64,000 bases of DNA from the NCBI GenBank assembly GCA_046292385.1, contig JBKBRF010000004.1:96001-160000 (forward strand), written 5' to 3'. This document shows, piece by piece, positions 60,697-64,000 of the stretch. The stretch comes from Armatimonadota bacterium. GTDB taxonomy: Bacteria; Armatimonadota; SYMT01. A program made the translations under genes and the position numbers. Each line of letters begins with the position of its first letter. Within the stretch, counting starts at the first letter, position 1. Below the pieces are notes generated by a model, which ran no database searches, was not told the DNA's origin, and was given only the letters and a program-made list of their open reading frames with translations.

Positions 60697-63600
60697 CTAC
60701 TTCCGTCCATCCTTCGAGAGCCCGCTGTAGTAGCGCTGGATCAGGTCCTGGTATTCCGCCGGGATCTTCTCCTTGTACCCCTGCCGGAGCGCGTCCTGGC
60801 TGCGCGGGTCGAGGCCGGCGAAGCCGCGGTTGGTCGGGTCGTAGCCGGCCTGGGGACCGCCCTGGAGGCCGGTGCGGCGCTGGAGCGACCGCAGCGCGGG
60901 GGAGTTGCCCTGCTGGGCCTGGCCGGGTGAGGGTTGGCCCTGTCCCGCCTGCTGCTCTTGCTGCCCCTGCTGGCGGCCGGCCTGCTGCTGACGCTGCTGC
61001 TGCTGGCGCTGCTGCTGCTGTTGGCGGGCCATCTGCTGGGTCAGCTTCAGCGCCTCGCTCAGCTTGATGATCGCCTGCGACTCCTGCTCCTGCACCGGCT
61101 CGCCGGACTGCGACCGGTCGAGGCCGCGCTTCGCCTCCGACATGTGACCGCTCGCGGCCTTGATCCGGGAGGAGATCTGTCCGTTCCGCTTCAGGGCTTC
61201 CGCCACCTCGTCGGCGAACTTCCGCGCTTCCTCCTGCTGCCGCGCCGCTTCCGCGATCTGGTCCTTCTGGGCCGGCGTCAGCTCGTCGCCGCTGCGGTTG
61301 TCGTCGACGTCCTGGGTCTGCGCGCGGATGCCCTGCTCCATGAACCGGAGCAGGCGGATCTCCGCCAGGCGGCGCTGGATCTCCTTGTCGTCCTGCTGCT
61401 GCTGCTGGCCGCCCTGCTGCTGGCCGCCCTGCTGCTGGCCGCCGCCATCCTGCTCGTCGTTATCGTCCGGGTTGGGATCGAGCGCGTTCTTGAGCTGCTC
61501 CAGCAGGGAGGCCGCGCGGCCCTGCGCCTGCTGGGTCGGGTTCGCGCCCGCGTTGCCCTGCTCCAGGCCCTGCTTGGCGCGCTCCATCTGCCGGCGGGCC
61601 TGCCGGGAGAAGCTCTTGAAGACGTCGCTGGGCAGCTCCGCCTCCAGCTTCTGGGTGTCTGCCTCCAGGTCGCGCTGCTGCGCGGGGAGCTCGCCGAGCT
61701 GGCGGGTCGCTTCCGCCTGGCGGGTGCCCTGCTGGATCGCCTTCTGCCGCGCCACGAGCTGTTCCAGCGACTTCCGCAGCTCCGCGAACGGGTCCTGCCG
61801 CTCCTGTCCCTGGGCTTCCGCCTGCGCCTGCTGCAGGCTCTCCATGGCGCGCCGCATCGCCTGCATCGCCCGCTGCTGCTGCTGCTGGGCCTGCTGCTGG
61901 CCGTTCTGGCCCTGGCTCAGCGACTGGCTCGCCTGCTGGCTCTGCTCCCCCGCCTGCTCCAGCTGCTGCGCCGCGCGGCCGGCGGAGGGAGTCTGCCGCT
62001 GCAGCCGCTGGAGCTGCCGCGCCAGGCTGCGCGCCTCCCGCTCGATCTCCCGCTGGCGCTGCGCCAGCTCGGCGCGCTGCTGCGGCGACATGAGCTGCCG
62101 CGCCTGCTGCTGCGCCTCCTGCTGCTGGGTCATCAGCCGCTGCAGCCGGCGCGACGCCTGGCGGAGCTGCCGCTGCACGTTGCGCGGGTCGTTCGGATCG
62201 GCGGCGCTGCGGAGCTGCTCCGCCGCCTGCTCCAGCGCCTCCGCCGCCTGCTGCTGCTGGGAGTTCGCCTGGCCCAGCGAGTTCCGGCTGGCGTTCTGCG
62301 CCGCCTGGCTCTGCTGCTCCGTCACGCCGCTGCGCTGGAGGTCCTGCGCCGTCTCCCGCGCCGCTTCCGCCTGCGCCCCGTTCGCGCTGCGCATCGCCTC
62401 GGCGGCGCGCTGCAGGTCCTGGAGCGCCTCGGCCGTGGCGCGCTGGAGGTTCGCCTGCTGCTGCGCGTTCTCCTGAAGCTGCGCGCGCTGCTCGGCCGAA
62501 AGCTCGCTCATCTCCCGGCCGAGGGTCTGCGGCAGCATCTTGCGCGTCTCCGCCTGGAGCTGGCGCTGCTGCTGCGCGAGCCGCTCGAACCGCTGAGCCA
62601 TCCGCTGCAGCTCGCTGCCGGGGCGGAGGAGCTGCTCGATCTTCTGCAGCTCCTGCTGGATCTGCTGCTGCTCGCCGGACGCCTGCGAGAGCTCGGAGCG
62701 AGCCTGCTGCGCGTTCGACTGCGCCTGGGCCTGCGCGCTGCCGATCCGGTTGGCGGCTTGCGGCACCTGGTTCTTCGAGAGCTGGTCGAGCCGCTGCTGC
62801 GCGTTCTGCTGCGACTGCACGTCTGCCTGCGGCGCCAGGTTGTTCGTCTCCGCCATGCGGCGCAGGTCCTGGACCCGCCGCGCGAGATCGGCTGCCGTGA
62901 AGCCGACGGAGCGCTGCCGCTCTTCCGCGGAGGCGAGCGCGTCGGCGTTCGGCGCGCCGCGGCGCCGCTCGGCTTCCACCTCGGCGCGGCTGCCCTTCTG
63001 CTCCTTCTGCAGCTCGCGCAGCGCCGCCAGGATCTCAGCCCGCTGCTCCTCGTACCGGCGGTTCGCCTCCGCCTCGTCGATGATCCGGAGCTGGAACTCG
63101 CCGGTCTTCCCGACGTGCGGCCCGTTCAAGTTGTCGTAGTCGAGCGCCTCCGCGCGGTAGCGCACCAGGTCGCCCGGCTTGAGATTCAGCGCCCCGAGCT
63201 CCCAGAGGCTGGTCAGCTCGAGCTGCTTCTCGCGCCGCCCGCCTTGACCCGCCGGCATCGACCGGGAGGCGCCCTCGCCGACCCGGTAGGGGACTCGCAC
63301 TGTCGCGATGCCGTAGTCGTCTTTCGCCGTGATCACCAGCTTGATGCGGGCGTTGGGGACGACGTCGAGGTCCCCGGCGGGGTCGAGAAGCTGGACTTCC
63401 GGCGTCTGGTCGCGGATCGCCTTGATCGGAAACGTCTGCGGCTCGGGAGCGAAGAAACCGTCGGTGTCTTTCAGCCGCAGCGCGTAGTGGCCGTTGTCCT
63501 TGACGGTGAGCGCGCCGGCGACGGTGTCGCCCTTCACGCTCCAGGGGGCCGGCTTCGCCTTCGGCAGCGTCGCCTCCGCAATCTCCAGCGGCTTGTTCGC

Positions 63601-63999
63601 CTTCAGCTCCAGCTCCACGAGCGTCCCGACCGGCGCGGCCACCCCGCCGGAGTCGGAGCTTACCGTCTCCGCCGGGCGCGCCATGTACTCCGGGAAGGTG
63701 AGCTTCAGCTTCGCGCCGATCACCGCCGCCGGGTCGACCACCACCACCTCACCCTGGTCGGTAATCCCGTCGCCGGCGGTTGCGTAGTACTCCATCCGCT
63801 CCGTGAGCGAGGCGAAGCGGTGCTCGAACGGCTGTCCCATCCCGCTCTTCAGCGCTACCGACTGCCACGCGCCGCCGTTGAAGCGGAAGTGGAGCCGGCC
63901 GCGGTCGACCGACTTTCCTTCCTGGCTCACGTTCAGCTCGAAGTCAGTGCCGCGGAGGAGCTTGGCGCTGAGCGGGGAGACCTGGATCCGGGTGTCCCG
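60697..63999 (-). CDS. Large Ig-like + Gln-rich coiled-coil protein (DUF4175-like); 5' end runs off the window
   Basis: Frame stays open past 63930 to the window end. P.Y motif, D..P.V, A.DDYGI, LKPGD...Y..EA.D, long Gln/Ala/Glu helices, C-terminal P.EY..LI.RYY. Confidence 0.85.
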   Translation of the reverse strand, partial: RDTRIQVSPLSAKLLRGTDFELNVSQEGKSVDRGRLHFRFNGGAWQSVALKSGMGQPFEHRFASLTERMEYYATAGDGITDQGEVVVVDPAAVIGAKLKLTFPEYMARPAETVSSDSGGVAAPVGTLVELELKANKPLEIAEATLPKAKPAPWSVKGDTVAGALTVKDNGHYALRLKDTDGFFAPEPQTFPIKAIRDQTPEVQLLDPAGDLDVVPNARIKLVITAKDDYGIATVRVPYRVGEGASRSMPAGQGGRREKQLELTSLWELGALNLKPGDLVRYRAEALDYDNLNGPHVGKTGEFQLRIIDEAEANRRYEEQRAEILAALRELQKEQKGSRAEVEAERRRGAPNADALASAEERQRSVGFTAADLARRVQDLRRMAETNNLAPQADVQSQQNAQQRLDQLSKNQVPQAANRIGSAQAQAQSNAQQARSELSQASGEQQQIQQELQKIEQLLRPGSELQRMAQRFERLAQQQRQLQAETRKMLPQTLGREMSELSAEQRAQLQENAQQQANLQRATAEALQDLQRAAEAMRSANGAQAEAARETAQDLQRSGVTEQQSQAAQNASRNSLGQANSQQQQAAEALEQAAEQLRSAADPNDPRNVQRQLRQASRRLQRLMTQQQEAQQQARQLMSPQQRAELAQRQREIEREARSLARQLQRLQRQTPSAGRAAQQLEQAGEQSQQASQSLSQGQNGQQQAQQQQQRAMQAMRRAMESLQQAQAEAQGQERQDPFAELRKSLEQLVARQKAIQQGTRQAEATRQLGELPAQQRDLEADTQKLEAELPSDVFKSFSRQARRQMERAKQGLEQGNAGANPTQQAQGRAASLLEQLKNALDPNPDDNDEQDGGGQQQGGQQQGGQQQQQDDKEIQRRLAEIRLLRFMEQGIRAQTQDVDDNRSGDELTPAQKDQIAEAARQQEEARKFADEVAEALKRNGQISSRIKAASGHMSEAKRGLDRSQSGEPVQEQESQAIIKLSEALKLTQQMARQQQQQRQQQQRQQQAGRQQGQQEQQAGQGQPSPGQAQQGNSPALRSLQRRTGLQGGPQAGYDPTNRGFAGLDPRSQDALRQGYKEKIPAEYQDLIQRYYSGLSKDGRK

Positions 64000-64000
64000 C

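Overview
A 64-kb, very GC-rich bacterial chromosomal segment. Gene content resembles Armatimonadota/Planctomycetota, but this assignment is an inference. From left to right: (1) a truncated secreted protein; (2) a Planctomycete-type heme/Tat cluster (two DUF1549/DUF1553 proteins, DUF1501, WD40, and a PPC-domain protein with an inserted CxxCH domain); (3) a sulfatase-like protein, M15 peptidase, Uma2, ispG and an LVIVD protein; (4) a complete F1Fo ATP synthase operon with an unusually long subunit a and a glycine-poor subunit c, translationally coupled to an atypical ACT-ACT-aspartokinase; (5) a dnaA homologue with an altered DNA-binding signature and no dnaN or visible DnaA boxes; (6) sucCD-mdh and an AbrB/Doc toxin-antitoxin pair; (7) a minus-strand cluster containing an unannotated probable selenoprotein (in-frame TGA at the redox site followed by a SECIS-like hairpin); (8) a >17-kb MoxR-DUF58-BatA/VWA operon with two prenyltransferase-repeat barrels, NPCBM, YdjY and a giant Gln-rich protein running off the window. 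Intergenic DNA carries REP-like inverted repeats and 7-nt tandem repeats sitting just after stop codons. No rRNA, tRNA, CRISPR array or transposase was recognised. All family names come from motif recognition by eye, not database searches.
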